DNA of 40,467 nucleotides from an uncultured Clostridia bacterium (lineage in GTDB: Bacteria; Bacillota; Clostridia; TANB77; CAG-508), in assembly GCA_947628015.1 (NCBI GenBank), contig CANQYG010000001.1, forward strand, positions 1-40,467, given 5' to 3'. Position 1 is the stretch's first letter; the number at the start of each line of letters is the position of its first letter. The notes under the pieces are model-generated. The model did not search any database and was not told the DNA's origin. It saw only the letters and a program-made list of their open reading frames with translations. Below, in pieces: positions 1 through 7,961 of the stretch. Position numbers and translations under genes: made by a program.

Positions 1-272
1 AGTTCAAAACCGAATCTATTATGTACTTCGTTGTGACACTTAAAATGTATTAACATTATATTATCAGGATTAAGGCTAATATTATAATCATTAACATTAA
101 TACTATTCAATGGTATTTTGTGGTGTCCTATACAATCATAAGCCTTTACTATTTCTTTTCCGCAATACTCACAGATTAGTTTTCCTTCTTCGTTTACTCT
201 ATCTAATTTTATTGTTTGTAATAGATCTTGCCATTCTTTAGATTTATATAAATCATGTGGACTTTCAAACAT
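1..272 (-). CDS. phage HNH endonuclease (3' end cut by window edge)
   Basis: Manual translation from ATG at 272: MFESPHDLYKSKEWQDLLQTIKLDRVNEEGKLICEYCGKEIVKAYDCIGHHKIPLNSINVNDYNISLNPDNIMLIHFKCHNEVHNRFGFE. It shows the CxxC ... HH ... N ... CHxxVH layout of HNH nucleases and lies directly downstream of the small terminase gene. Confidence 0.75.
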   Translation of the reverse strand, partial: MFESPHDLYKSKEWQDLLQTIKLDRVNEEGKLICEYCGKEIVKAYDCIGHHKIPLNSINVNDYNISLNPDNIMLIHFKCHNEVHNRFGFE

Positions 273-282
273 TCTTGCCTCC

Positions 283-918
283 TTACCAACATTCATTGTC
301 AATTTGCTTTTCTTTAAGTTCTAATGTTTTCTTACTAAATCCTAGCTTAATCATATTTTCTCTACTCTTTCTTTTTGTATCTTGAACTCTTGTAAGTCCA
401 TCTTCTATTTTTTGTATAATTTTAATTTTAAGTTCCGCTTCTGATATTTTTTCATTTGTATCACTAGATTCACATTGATTATTTTTATTTATTTCTTCTG
501 CTGTATTATTCTTTTCTTCTAGTGTTCGTATTCTTTTCATCATTCTTTTTTCTCTGATAGTTAGCAATTTATATTCTGTTATATATTCATTGATTAATAA
601 ATTATCAATATCATTATCACTAATTTTATAATTGTTATATAGACTTTGTTCCTCTTCTGTTAAAACATCATCATATATTTTTTCATATTCACCCGTGGTA
701 ACTGCATTTTTATTTTTTACTTTTGCTCCTGAACCACCTTTATTATTTTTAGCATTTTGATTTCCTTTTAACAATTCACTTTTATCTCTTGTTAATTTGT
801 ATTTATGAATTATCTTTTTTAAATCTGAAAGAGTTATATTGTATCTTTCAAAAAGATCTTTGTATTTCATTCCATTTAAATAATCTGTTTTTATTTTATC
901 TATTTTTTTCTGGATCAA
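283..918 (-). CDS. phage terminase small subunit
   Basis: 211-aa ORF with an N-terminal HTH-like segment (MKYKDLFERYNITLSDLKKII). This is followed by the Gly/Asn-rich stretch GNQNAKNNKGGSGAKVKNKNAVTTGEY typical of Firmicute phage small terminases. TTG start after GGAGGTGGGTGAG. Confidence 0.7.
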   Translation of the reverse strand: MIQKKIDKIKTDYLNGMKYKDLFERYNITLSDLKKIIHKYKLTRDKSELLKGNQNAKNNKGGSGAKVKNKNAVTTGEYEKIYDDVLTEEEQSLYNNYKISDNDIDNLLINEYITEYKLLTIREKRMMKRIRTLEEKNNTAEEINKNNQCESSDTNEKISEAELKIKIIQKIEDGLTRVQDTKRKSRENMIKLGFSKKTLELKEKQIDNECW

Positions 919-947
919 TACAACTCACCCACCTCCATAATACATAC

Positions 948-1100
948 TTATTTTCTATCTTTAAGCTCTCTATTTATTTTAACTTTTTTATTTTTAGATT
1001 TTTTGTTTTTATATTCATAAAATTCATTAAATTCTTTAAAACATATTGATTCATTTTTGCAATTTCTACATTCTCTCAACATACATTTACTAAAATTCAT
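948..1100 (-). CDS. small basic Cys-rich phage protein (50 aa)
   Basis: Manual ORF MNFSKCMLRECRNCKNESICFKEFNEFYEYKNKKSKNKKVKINRELKDRK, below the ORF-track length cutoff. It fits tightly between the tRNA-like element and terS. Confidence 0.35.
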   Translation of the reverse strand: MNFSKCMLRECRNCKNESICFKEFNEFYEYKNKKSKNKKVKINRELKDRK

Positions 1101-1116
1101 AAATATACCTCGTTTT

Positions 1117-1185
1117 TGGTTGCGGCTTAAGGATTCGAACCTTACTAAGATATCTCTTTGTGCTACCCTTACACTATCACCGCAA
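1117..1185 (-). ncRNA. tRNA-like element, probably a truncated phage tRNA
   Basis: Minus-strand sequence TGCGGTGATAGTGTAAGGGTAGCACAAAGAGATATCTTAGTAAGGTTCGAATCCTTAAGCCGCAACCA. It has an acceptor stem, a D-loop with GG, a canonical T-arm (TAAGG-TTCGAAT-CCTTA) and an encoded CCA. Only about 15 nt sit where the anticodon arm plus variable loop should be, so no 7-nt anticodon loop can form. Confidence 0.4.
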
Positions 1186-1339
1186 TATAAAAAGCCACTA
1201 TTTCTAGTGACTTTAATTTATAATAATAAGTAGTGAAAATGAAAAAAATATAGTATTCATAATTTCATCAATTATAATTATAACATAGTATGTTTTTTTA
1301 ATTCTATGGAAAAAATATGTAAAAAATATGTAATTTTTT

Positions 1340-1765
1340 TTAACTTTTTTCATTTTGGTCATATTCTTTCTGCATTTTAGAAATAGATTTTTGTATTATT
1401 TTTGCAATTGTATTATAAGTTCTGTCCTTTTGTGTTGCTATTTGTTCAATACTCATTTTCATATAATATCTCATTTCTATTATATCTTGATTTGTCTTTT
1501 TTAATGTTTTTACTAACTTTTCTATTATATCAATTTCATTTTTTAATTCCTTAATTTCTTTCTCTTTATTTTCAATTCGTTTTTGTTTATTTATTATTTG
1601 GTTTTCTAAAGATGATTCGACATAGCCTACACTTTTTGGTAATCCATCATAATTAACTCCTTGAATATCAATTATTTCATCATTTATTTTTTCAATTTTT
1701 GCTTGCAATATGCTAATTTTAGCCTTTGTTGAATTATAATTCTCTAAAGTTTCTTGAATATTCAT
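1340..1765 (-). CDS. phage late-gene transcriptional regulator with sigma-70 region-4-like HTH
   Basis: 141-aa ORF with a coiled-coil N-terminus. The C-terminal segment IIEMRYYMKMSIEQIATQKDRTYNTIAKIIQKSISKM resembles a sigma region 4 / ArpU-RinA-type HTH. It sits just upstream of the packaging genes, with a GGAGGT RBS. Confidence 0.55.
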   Translation of the reverse strand: MNIQETLENYNSTKAKISILQAKIEKINDEIIDIQGVNYDGLPKSVGYVESSLENQIINKQKRIENKEKEIKELKNEIDIIEKLVKTLKKTNQDIIEMRYYMKMSIEQIATQKDRTYNTIAKIIQKSISKMQKEYDQNEKS

Positions 1766-1777
1766 CTTTTGTACCTC

Positions 1778-1951
1778 CTATATTTTATAAATAAAAAAGA
1801 TTAGTACTATACTAATAATAATTTCAATTATATCTAATAGTCTCATTGTAAAATTAGTAGTTCTTTCTGATATTTCTTTTTCTATTTTTGCTAATGATAA
1901 TATAATAAGTAAAACTATAAATATTATTTTTAATATCAAAATCATATTCAT
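1778..1951 (-). CDS. small two-helix membrane protein (57 aa)
   Basis: Manual ORF MNMILILKIIFIVLLIILSLAKIEKEISERTTNFTMRLLDIIEIIISIVLIFFIYKI, below the ORF-track cutoff. Confidence 0.3.
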   Translation of the reverse strand: MNMILILKIIFIVLLIILSLAKIEKEISERTTNFTMRLLDIIEIIISIVLIFFIYKI

Positions 1952-2067
1952 TTCACTCCTTTCCGCTTCTATTTTTTCTATTGTGTTCGTTTCAGAATTT
2001 TATATTTTAGAATATTTTTATTCATTTTTCCTTACAAGCAACTATTGTTATTGTTTTTTATTGTTTA

Positions 2068-2484
2068 TTATTTTTTTGTGTTGTTTTTATAATACTCATT
2101 AACACTATTATAAAGTCTTGCATAAGTATATTTTTCATTATTATTTTCAACAATTTTGTTTATTTCATTTCTTTGTATCCCTTCCGATTGAAGTAATTTT
2201 ATAAATCTTTTCTTTGTCAACTTAGAGGTAGCCATTGTTTTAGATACTTCTAATAAACATTTTGCCATAGGCTGTACAATATTCATTGCAGCTTTTCCTA
2301 TTGCTATAAAGTTATCAATTATAGGTTGCATTATTTCTTTAATTCTTTTGATTATCTTTTCTTCTTTTAATAATATTCTTTTACCATCTGCATCATAAAT
2401 AACTTCATCTTCACATTTCATTTTAAACAATTGTTCAGCTTGATAAATCTTAACATCCTCATATTTAATCTTTTTATCTTCCAT
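2068..2484 (-). CDS. hypothetical phage protein
   Basis: 138-aa ORF in the co-oriented, tightly packed phage early operon. No recognisable motif. Confidence 0.5.
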   Translation of the reverse strand: MEDKKIKYEDVKIYQAEQLFKMKCEDEVIYDADGKRILLKEEKIIKRIKEIMQPIIDNFIAIGKAAMNIVQPMAKCLLEVSKTMATSKLTKKRFIKLLQSEGIQRNEINKIVENNNEKYTYARLYNSVNEYYKNNTKK

Positions 2485-2599
2485 TTTTATTTATCTCCAC
2501 TTTTCGTTTTATCCAATTTTCACAATATCACATTGAACCATTTGTCTTTTTACAAAATGGATATTTTTCGCAGTTTCCACATGTTTTGTTTATAATCAT
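2474..2599 (-). pseudogene. small Cys-rich zinc-ribbon-like ORF interrupted by an in-frame TGA
   Basis: ATG at 2599 gives MIINKTCGNCEKYPFCKKTNGSM, then TGA (2528-2530), then YCENWIKRKVEINKNGR and TAA. The fourth Cys of a C-x2-C-x6-C-x8-C pattern lies after the TGA. Confidence 0.3.
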
Positions 2600-2600
2600 T

Positions 2601-3002
2601 CTACTTATCCACCAATAATTCTTTTAAAAAATCTACAACTTCTGATTCTCTCCATTCAGTTCCAACATAATCAAAATCATCTCTATCTGTTATTAACTTA
2701 ATTTCATCTTCTATTTTCTTTTTAGGTATAGATTTTGTTTTTAGTTCATTTATTTGTTCTTGTTGTCTTTCTATTAAATGTAAAATTTTTTTAAAATCTT
2801 CAACGGCTATTATGTGAGTTATTTCACCATTTTCTTCTTTTTTATATCTACCTATTGAATTTTCTTTTAAAATTTTCATGGCTTTTTCTTCTGTATTTTT
2901 ATTATCTTCTAATGCTTCTAATACTGTTTCTAAAGCTTCATGATTTTCATAGCCTAATCCACTAGCATGTTTTAATCTGTTTATTGCTTTTTCTAATTCC
3001 AT
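2601..3002 (-). CDS. hypothetical phage protein
   Basis: 133-aa ORF with protein-like composition, packed in the operon. Confidence 0.5.
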   Translation of the reverse strand: MELEKAINRLKHASGLGYENHEALETVLEALEDNKNTEEKAMKILKENSIGRYKKEENGEITHIIAVEDFKKILHLIERQQEQINELKTKSIPKKKIEDEIKLITDRDDFDYVGTEWRESEVVDFLKELLVDK

Positions 3003-3010
3003 AACTCCTC

Positions 3011-3370
3011 CTAAACCTTATATTTTATACTTGAAAATTGCTCTTTTGTTACTATTGATTTAATATTATAGACTTTATCCCTAACTTTTTGAAATTCATA
3101 TTGAGTTAATCCATATTTGCCAACTATTGTAAAATATTTTCTTCCTTTTGATATTTCTATAACTAAACAACCATTTACATAATCTCCTTTTTCTATTAAA
3201 TCTATTAAATACTGCTTATGCTTCTTTATATCTTCTAACCAAAATCTTTTTTCTTTGCATTTAACAATAGATGTTTCTTTATCATCTTCATAACCTAATA
3301 ATTTTTCAAATTTATCTATTTGTCCTTTTTTAGTTCTTACATATTCTCCAACTTCAATTTTATCGTTCAT
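3011..3370 (-). CDS. hypothetical phage protein
   Basis: 119-aa ORF. Its start overlaps the stop of the upstream gene (ATGA-type junction at 3370). Confidence 0.5.
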   Translation of the reverse strand: MNDKIEVGEYVRTKKGQIDKFEKLLGYEDDKETSIVKCKEKRFWLEDIKKHKQYLIDLIEKGDYVNGCLVIEISKGRKYFTIVGKYGLTQYEFQKVRDKVYNIKSIVTKEQFSSIKYKV

Positions 3371-3705
3371 TATTTTTCCTCTACTTTCTTTTCAAAATAT
3401 TGTTTTATACAAGGTTTACAATTAATTTCTTTACATTCATTAGTTTCTTTATCATACCCATATTCACAAGGTTTTCCATTTTCAAAAAATTTGTGCATTG
3501 TTCCCGGTATTTTTTGATATAATTTATAAAAACTACCTACCATTTCATCATTTATTTTATTTAGCTTATTATTTTCTTGTTCTAGTTGGTCTATGTATTG
3601 TAAAAGTGTTTCTATTGCTTTATCATCATTATCTGTTAATGTATATTTATATTCCATAAGTTCAAGCTTCTTTTTTGCTTTTTTTATTTCTTCTTTACTT
3701 AACAT
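3370..3705 (-). CDS. hypothetical phage protein with Cys-rich C-terminal half
   Basis: 111-aa ORF containing PCEYGYDKETNECKEINCKPC. Confidence 0.5.
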   Translation of the reverse strand: MLSKEEIKKAKKKLELMEYKYTLTDNDDKAIETLLQYIDQLEQENNKLNKINDEMVGSFYKLYQKIPGTMHKFFENGKPCEYGYDKETNECKEINCKPCIKQYFEKKVEEK

Positions 3706-3906
3706 TTAATATACCTCTATTTCTCCAACCGTTTGCATACCAGCAAATACTGTTATAGTTCCATTTCTATTTTCTTCAAAGTCTATATTATGACTTAATA
3801 AATATGGTTTTACCTGTTTTAATAGCCAGTCATAAGTTAATTCACTTTTACACATTCTTGTAAAATTCACATTATTTCTACCAATATTTATAAATTTAAC
3901 TTTCAT
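3706..3906 (-). CDS. hypothetical phage protein
   Basis: 66-aa ORF that abuts the next gene. Confidence 0.4.
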   Translation of the reverse strand: MKVKFINIGRNNVNFTRMCKSELTYDWLLKQVKPYLLSHNIDFEENRNGTITVFAGMQTVGEIEVY

Positions 3907-4146
3907 TTCAAACTCCTTCTTTATTTATTTTTAAAAATGTTATAGTAAATGGCTAATAATAAACATGTTCCAAAAAATATACCATATACAACTACTATTG
4001 TTTTTATTATTATTCTTACTATTTCCATTTTCTTTCGCTCCTTATATCTTTTTATTTTTTTCTTATATTCATAAATTTCTTTATATTTGATTTAAGCTTT
4101 CTTGGACAATATGTGTCCTATTATATTGACAATTATAATTTTTTGT

Positions 4147-4413
4147 TTAATATTCCATCTTTTTTAATTCCTTGTTGCGAAATTCTTTATAATTTTGTTC
4201 TTGTCCTAAATAATGAATAAAATTTGCATATATTTTTATTTCATTTTTTATATTTATTTTTTCTTCTAATTCAATTAATTCTATTTGTTCTTGAATTTTC
4301 CATATCTTTTTTTCTATTTTTCTTGCCATAGAGTTCATATCAGCTTCTAAATAATTAGTCCTGTCAATTTCTAACTTTTCCATTTCATCTAGTAATTCGT
4401 TTTTTATTTTCAT
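4147..4413 (-). CDS. hypothetical coiled-coil phage protein
   Basis: 88-aa ORF that overlaps the upstream gene by 4 nt. Confidence 0.45.
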   Translation of the reverse strand: MKIKNELLDEMEKLEIDRTNYLEADMNSMARKIEKKIWKIQEQIELIELEEKINIKNEIKIYANFIHYLGQEQNYKEFRNKELKKMEY

Positions 4414-4622
4414 TTTTTCTGCACTTCCTTTTTTATTTTTTGTTCTAGTTGCTCTATATACGATAATATATATTCTTTTGAACTTGCTTCAAATTCACTA
4501 TCAACTTCTAATCCTGATAACCAGCGCTTAGCAGTTTCAATATTACATTCATTGTAATAACAACCATTGCACCCCATTTTTTCTACTTGGCAATTTTCTC
4601 TTTCCTTATCTGTGCACTTCAT
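4410..4622 (-). CDS. hypothetical Cys-rich phage protein
   Basis: 70-aa ORF with an N-terminal segment MKCTDKERENCQVEKMGCNGCYYNEC. Confidence 0.45.
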   Translation of the reverse strand: MKCTDKERENCQVEKMGCNGCYYNECNIETAKRWLSGLEVDSEFEASSKEYILSYIEQLEQKIKKEVQKK

Positions 4623-4631
4623 TTTTTCTCC

Positions 4632-5042
4632 TTAATATTCTTCAATTTTTACATATACTCTAGGATTAACATCATACTTTTTTTCAATTTCTAATTTTGT
4701 AACTTGAGTATCATCTTTGAAAGCAAATTTATTCATTCCATCAAGCACTATTTTTATAATATTGTCTGCATCAGGTCTTTTAGTTGGACTTATATTTCCA
4801 TTTAACATTTCCGCTTCTTTTTTCTTACTTGTACTTTTAGGAATTTCAAAATAAGCTATAATTGTAACTTTTACTCTATTTTCTATTGGCTTAAAATTAG
4901 GATAATTCATCAAAAACCATTGTCTCAATCCATATTCATATAGTTTTGTTTTTGTAGGTGTATAGGCTCTACCTGTTCTTGTGTTCATTCTAGGTCTTGC
5001 TTTTCCTACTATACTTCCAAATATTTCAAATTCATATATCAT
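4632..5042 (-). CDS. rusA: RusA-family Holliday junction resolvase
   Basis: 136 aa. GKARPRMNTRTGRAYTPTKTKLYE and KRPDADNIIKIVLDGMNKFAFKDDTQV match the RusA signature (K-x-RPR ... KPD-x-DN ... D-x(n)-DD). Confidence 0.8.
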   Translation of the reverse strand: MIYEFEIFGSIVGKARPRMNTRTGRAYTPTKTKLYEYGLRQWFLMNYPNFKPIENRVKVTIIAYFEIPKSTSKKKEAEMLNGNISPTKRPDADNIIKIVLDGMNKFAFKDDTQVTKLEIEKKYDVNPRVYVKIEEY

Positions 5043-5066
5043 TTTTTATCACCCCTTATTTTATAT

Positions 5067-5477
5067 TTATTTTTCCTTTCTTTTTGCACATTTTAAATCC
5101 TTCAATATTCGAGGTGTATAATGCTTATTACTTTGATTGCTTTTTAATGTTTGTATATTTTTTATTGTTTTATTGGTGTCTGCAAATATTCCTTTCATTA
5201 TGTATTTATTGCTATAAGGTTTTAATGTGTTTATAAGTTCTATTTTGTCTTTTATAATTCTTCTTTCTTGTAGTGTATTTTCTAACTTTTTATATATGCT
5301 CATAATTTCTATTGCGTTTAACTTGCTAAGTTCAATTTCATGCAATAGATCATCTCTTTCTAATTCTTTGTTATATAATAACGTTTGTAATTTCTTATCA
5401 ATCTCATCTACATTTCTAAAAAAATAATTTATATTATTTAATAATTCTAATATATCTTCTACATTATCAATTTGCAT
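5067..5477 (-). CDS. hypothetical phage protein
   Basis: 136-aa ORF, helical and charged. Confidence 0.5.
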   Translation of the reverse strand: MQIDNVEDILELLNNINYFFRNVDEIDKKLQTLLYNKELERDDLLHEIELSKLNAIEIMSIYKKLENTLQERRIIKDKIELINTLKPYSNKYIMKGIFADTNKTIKNIQTLKSNQSNKHYTPRILKDLKCAKRKEK

Positions 5478-5481
5478 AGCA

Positions 5482-5658
5482 TTAATTCTCTCCTTTGTTT
5501 AAATTTATTAACTTGTTCCATGCACATTTTTTGCAATAATTGTTAATTGTATATTCATTTATAATAATTGTTTCAGTTTTATCAATTTCAAGCATTCTTA
5601 TCTTATAAAAATTTTCATCAATTACTTCTTTGCAATTGTCACAAATTTTTCCTTCCAT
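5482..5658 (-). CDS. small zinc-ribbon-like phage protein (58 aa)
   Basis: Manual ORF MEGKICDNCKEVIDENFYKIRMLEIDKTETIIINEYTINNYCKKCAWNKLINLNKGEN with CxxC ... CxxC. Below the ORF-track cutoff. Confidence 0.4.
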   Translation of the reverse strand: MEGKICDNCKEVIDENFYKIRMLEIDKTETIIINEYTINNYCKKCAWNKLINLNKGEN

Positions 5659-5671
5659 TCTGACTCCTTTG

Positions 5672-6004
5672 TTAAATAGATATATGATTTATATTTTCTT
5701 CAATCATTTTTTCATCATTAATTTTATTAATCATTTGATTTAAGCATTTATTGTGTAATGCTACCACTATTTTATTTTTATTATATAAATTAAATGGTAT
5801 TTCTACTATTCCACCTTCGAGTTCGTTCCATTTATCACTAATTCTAATTTCTTCAGAACAATAATCACATATATAATAATCATAATCTTTAATTTTTCTT
5901 ACTTTTTCCCATTTAGGTATTGCATTTTCATCTTGAAGTTTCATTTTTGTCAATTTCATTGGTGATTCTCTAAACGCCAGTTGTTGTAATTTCTCACTAA
6001 ACAT
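5672..6004 (-). CDS. hypothetical phage protein
   Basis: 110-aa ORF with CDYC and a later NKC. Confidence 0.45.
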   Translation of the reverse strand: MFSEKLQQLAFRESPMKLTKMKLQDENAIPKWEKVRKIKDYDYYICDYCSEEIRISDKWNELEGGIVEIPFNLYNKNKIVVALHNKCLNQMINKINDEKMIEENINHISI

Positions 6005-6370
6005 TTTTCTCTCCTTTCAATTTCTTTTGTATAATTCTTCTTGCAATGACTTAATAAAATAATTAATAAAATAAGTTATATTTTCCATATTTACATATTT
6101 TTTTGTTTTTAAAAATCTTAAATTGAATTTTTCAAACGTAAGTTCATTTAAGTAGACCTTGTATGGACTACAATATAATTCTTTGATGGCATAATATTTA
6201 ATTTTTAATTCTAGTAAGTTAAATGTGGAACAAATCTTAGACATTTCTTCAGCATTTGGCGCATATATATTTATTCTTTTTAAAATATTAACTATTGCTC
6301 TTTTATCGTTTTCCGAAATACCTAATTCTTTTTCCGGATTTTTTTGCTCTTTATTATTACTTAGATAATT

Positions 6371-6437
6371 AAAAGTATTGTTTAGTATAGTAGTATTATT
6401 ATTTAAATAAATAAAAGTATAGTTTAGTATAGTAATA
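6371..6437. repeat. two 25-nt direct repeats (iteron-like) inside the replication gene
   Basis: aaaagtattgtttagtatagtagta (6371-6395) and aaaagtatagtttagtatagtaata (6413-6437). They match at 23 of 25 positions and start 42 bp apart. Confidence 0.6.
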
Positions 6438-6460
6438 ATGTGTTCATTTGCTTGGTCGGG

Positions 6461-6505
6461 TGCTTGTGCGTTTGCTTGTGCATTTGCCTGTGCGTTTGCT
6501 TGGTC
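6461..6505. repeat. 12-nt tandem repeat, about 3.5 copies
   Basis: tgcttgtgcgtt / tgcttgtgcatt / tgcctgtgcgtt / tgcttggtc. It encodes the QANAQANAQANAQA stretch on the minus strand. Confidence 0.7.
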
Positions 6506-6857
6506 ATATTGAATAGGCAATGTATATTTTGCAAGTGCTGATTGATTATTTCCTTTAAAATAATTTATATATCCGCTTCTGAACTAATTCATTTCTTTTT
6601 CTTTGTAGTGATGATAAATCTAAATTAGTTTTTGAAAGTAATACATTATTCGCAATTTTGATAGTATTGCTCCAGTTTGCTTTGTAAAACATATGTAATA
6701 TCACTTGATATAAACATATAGCTTTACTAGAAAGAGGATTATAATCTAAATTGGAATAAAAGTTCTCTAGTTGATTAATATATTTTTCTTCAGCTTCCAA
6801 CGAAAGTCTCCTTTCTACTTAATAGGAGCTAGTTTTTTGTCTAGCTTCTGATGATTA

Positions 6858-7580
6858 TTAATTTAAAATTGTTATATTATTAATATCTGCTAAATTGTCA
6901 TTTAGATATTTTGATATACTTTTAATTGCATCTTTTTTCCATGCACCACCATCTGCTTCAAATAAAGCAAATTCTATTCCTTCATATCCTTTTTTCGCTC
7001 TTAGTAAAAATTCCGATTCTGGTTGCTCTATTTCAATAAATGTTCTATATGGTTTTAAATTAAGTTTAGATGGTAATGCTACTTCTCCTAGTCTTGCTAT
7101 TCCTGTCTTAGTTATTACTTTTTGCGTAATTCCATCATCATTATAATTAGTAATATTTTCATCAGAAACATTTCCAACAATTTTTATTATATTTTCCAAA
7201 TTATCTGTTAGGATAAATTTTGATTTTAGCATTATTATAAATTCTTCTATACCCATATATTTTCCAAAATATATATCAGGTACTAAATCAGTATAATCAG
7301 CAAATATGTATTCTTCTCTTTGCTTAAAATCACCAAAAAGTGTACTTTCTACTACAACTTCTACAGGACTAATTATGTTTATGATTTTTATTTTTTCTTT
7401 ATAATTATCAGGATCATCTTTCAAATATTTAATTATGCTATCTAAATTAAATACTGTAATAGCATCACACTTTTCTTCTTTAATCGGTGTAATTTCTATT
7501 GTTGAATAATCTTTTCCATTTACTTGTATTGTTTCTGGTCTTTTTAATTTTAATAGATATTCTATTGCTTCCTTTATCAT
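6858..7580 (-). CDS. hypothetical phage early protein
   Basis: 240-aa ORF with non-repetitive composition. Confidence 0.55.
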   Translation of the reverse strand: MIKEAIEYLLKLKRPETIQVNGKDYSTIEITPIKEEKCDAITVFNLDSIIKYLKDDPDNYKEKIKIINIISPVEVVVESTLFGDFKQREEYIFADYTDLVPDIYFGKYMGIEEFIIMLKSKFILTDNLENIIKIVGNVSDENITNYNDDGITQKVITKTGIARLGEVALPSKLNLKPYRTFIEIEQPESEFLLRAKKGYEGIEFALFEADGGAWKKDAIKSISKYLNDNLADINNITILN

Positions 7581-7582
7581 AA

Positions 7583-7942
7583 TTATTTAACCTCCTCTTT
7601 CATTGGTATAATATTTTTGTTTTCTATTTCATCAAAGTCTAATTGATTAAGATCATGTTTTAATAATTCTTTAGCAATTATTTTGTTTCCGTTTTGATCT
7701 AATAATAATTGTGTCGTAATACTGTTTGTTGGTACTAATGATGTTTTACAAGTTGTTTTAGTTTTTATTACTTGTCTTGTTTCATCAGGTTTTAGTTCTA
7801 TAGTTATAGTTAATTTCCTTGTTTTCTCAGCTTCTGTATTTGGATCCTTTATATTATCAAAGCATTCCTCTAATGCAAATTGTATTGATTCTTCAATAGC
7901 TCCTCCAGCTAATTTATTAATATCTAATTTCTCATCTTCCAC
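7583..7942 (-). CDS. hypothetical phage early protein
   Basis: 119-aa ORF, 2 nt from the next gene. Confidence 0.5.
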   Translation of the reverse strand: MEDEKLDINKLAGGAIEESIQFALEECFDNIKDPNTEAEKTRKLTITIELKPDETRQVIKTKTTCKTSLVPTNSITTQLLLDQNGNKIIAKELLKHDLNQLDFDEIENKNIIPMKEEVK

Positions 7943-7961
7943 TTTAAATTTCTCCTAATTT

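Larger units (their letters stand above)
6017..6800 (-). pseudogene. phage replisome organizer / DnaD-like replication initiator, split by a 1-nt frame change near 6573-6577
   Basis: ORF 6555-6800 ends ...SSLQRKRNELVQKRIYKLF*. The frame of ORF 6017-6520 is open upstream as FRSGYINYFKGNNQSALAKYTLPIQYDQ. Removing one base at AAG-C-GG would join them as NELVQK-GYINYFKGNNQSALAKYTL, the usual winged-helix end of phage replisome organizers. Iteron-like repeats lie inside the gene. Confidence 0.55.

Noticed and set aside
6447-6505. The short tandem repeat as a possible CRISPR or minisatellite
   Set aside because: It has 12-nt units with no spacers, lies inside a coding region and translates to QANA repeats. 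It is interpreted as part of an origin or linker. No CRISPR array is seen anywhere in the window.
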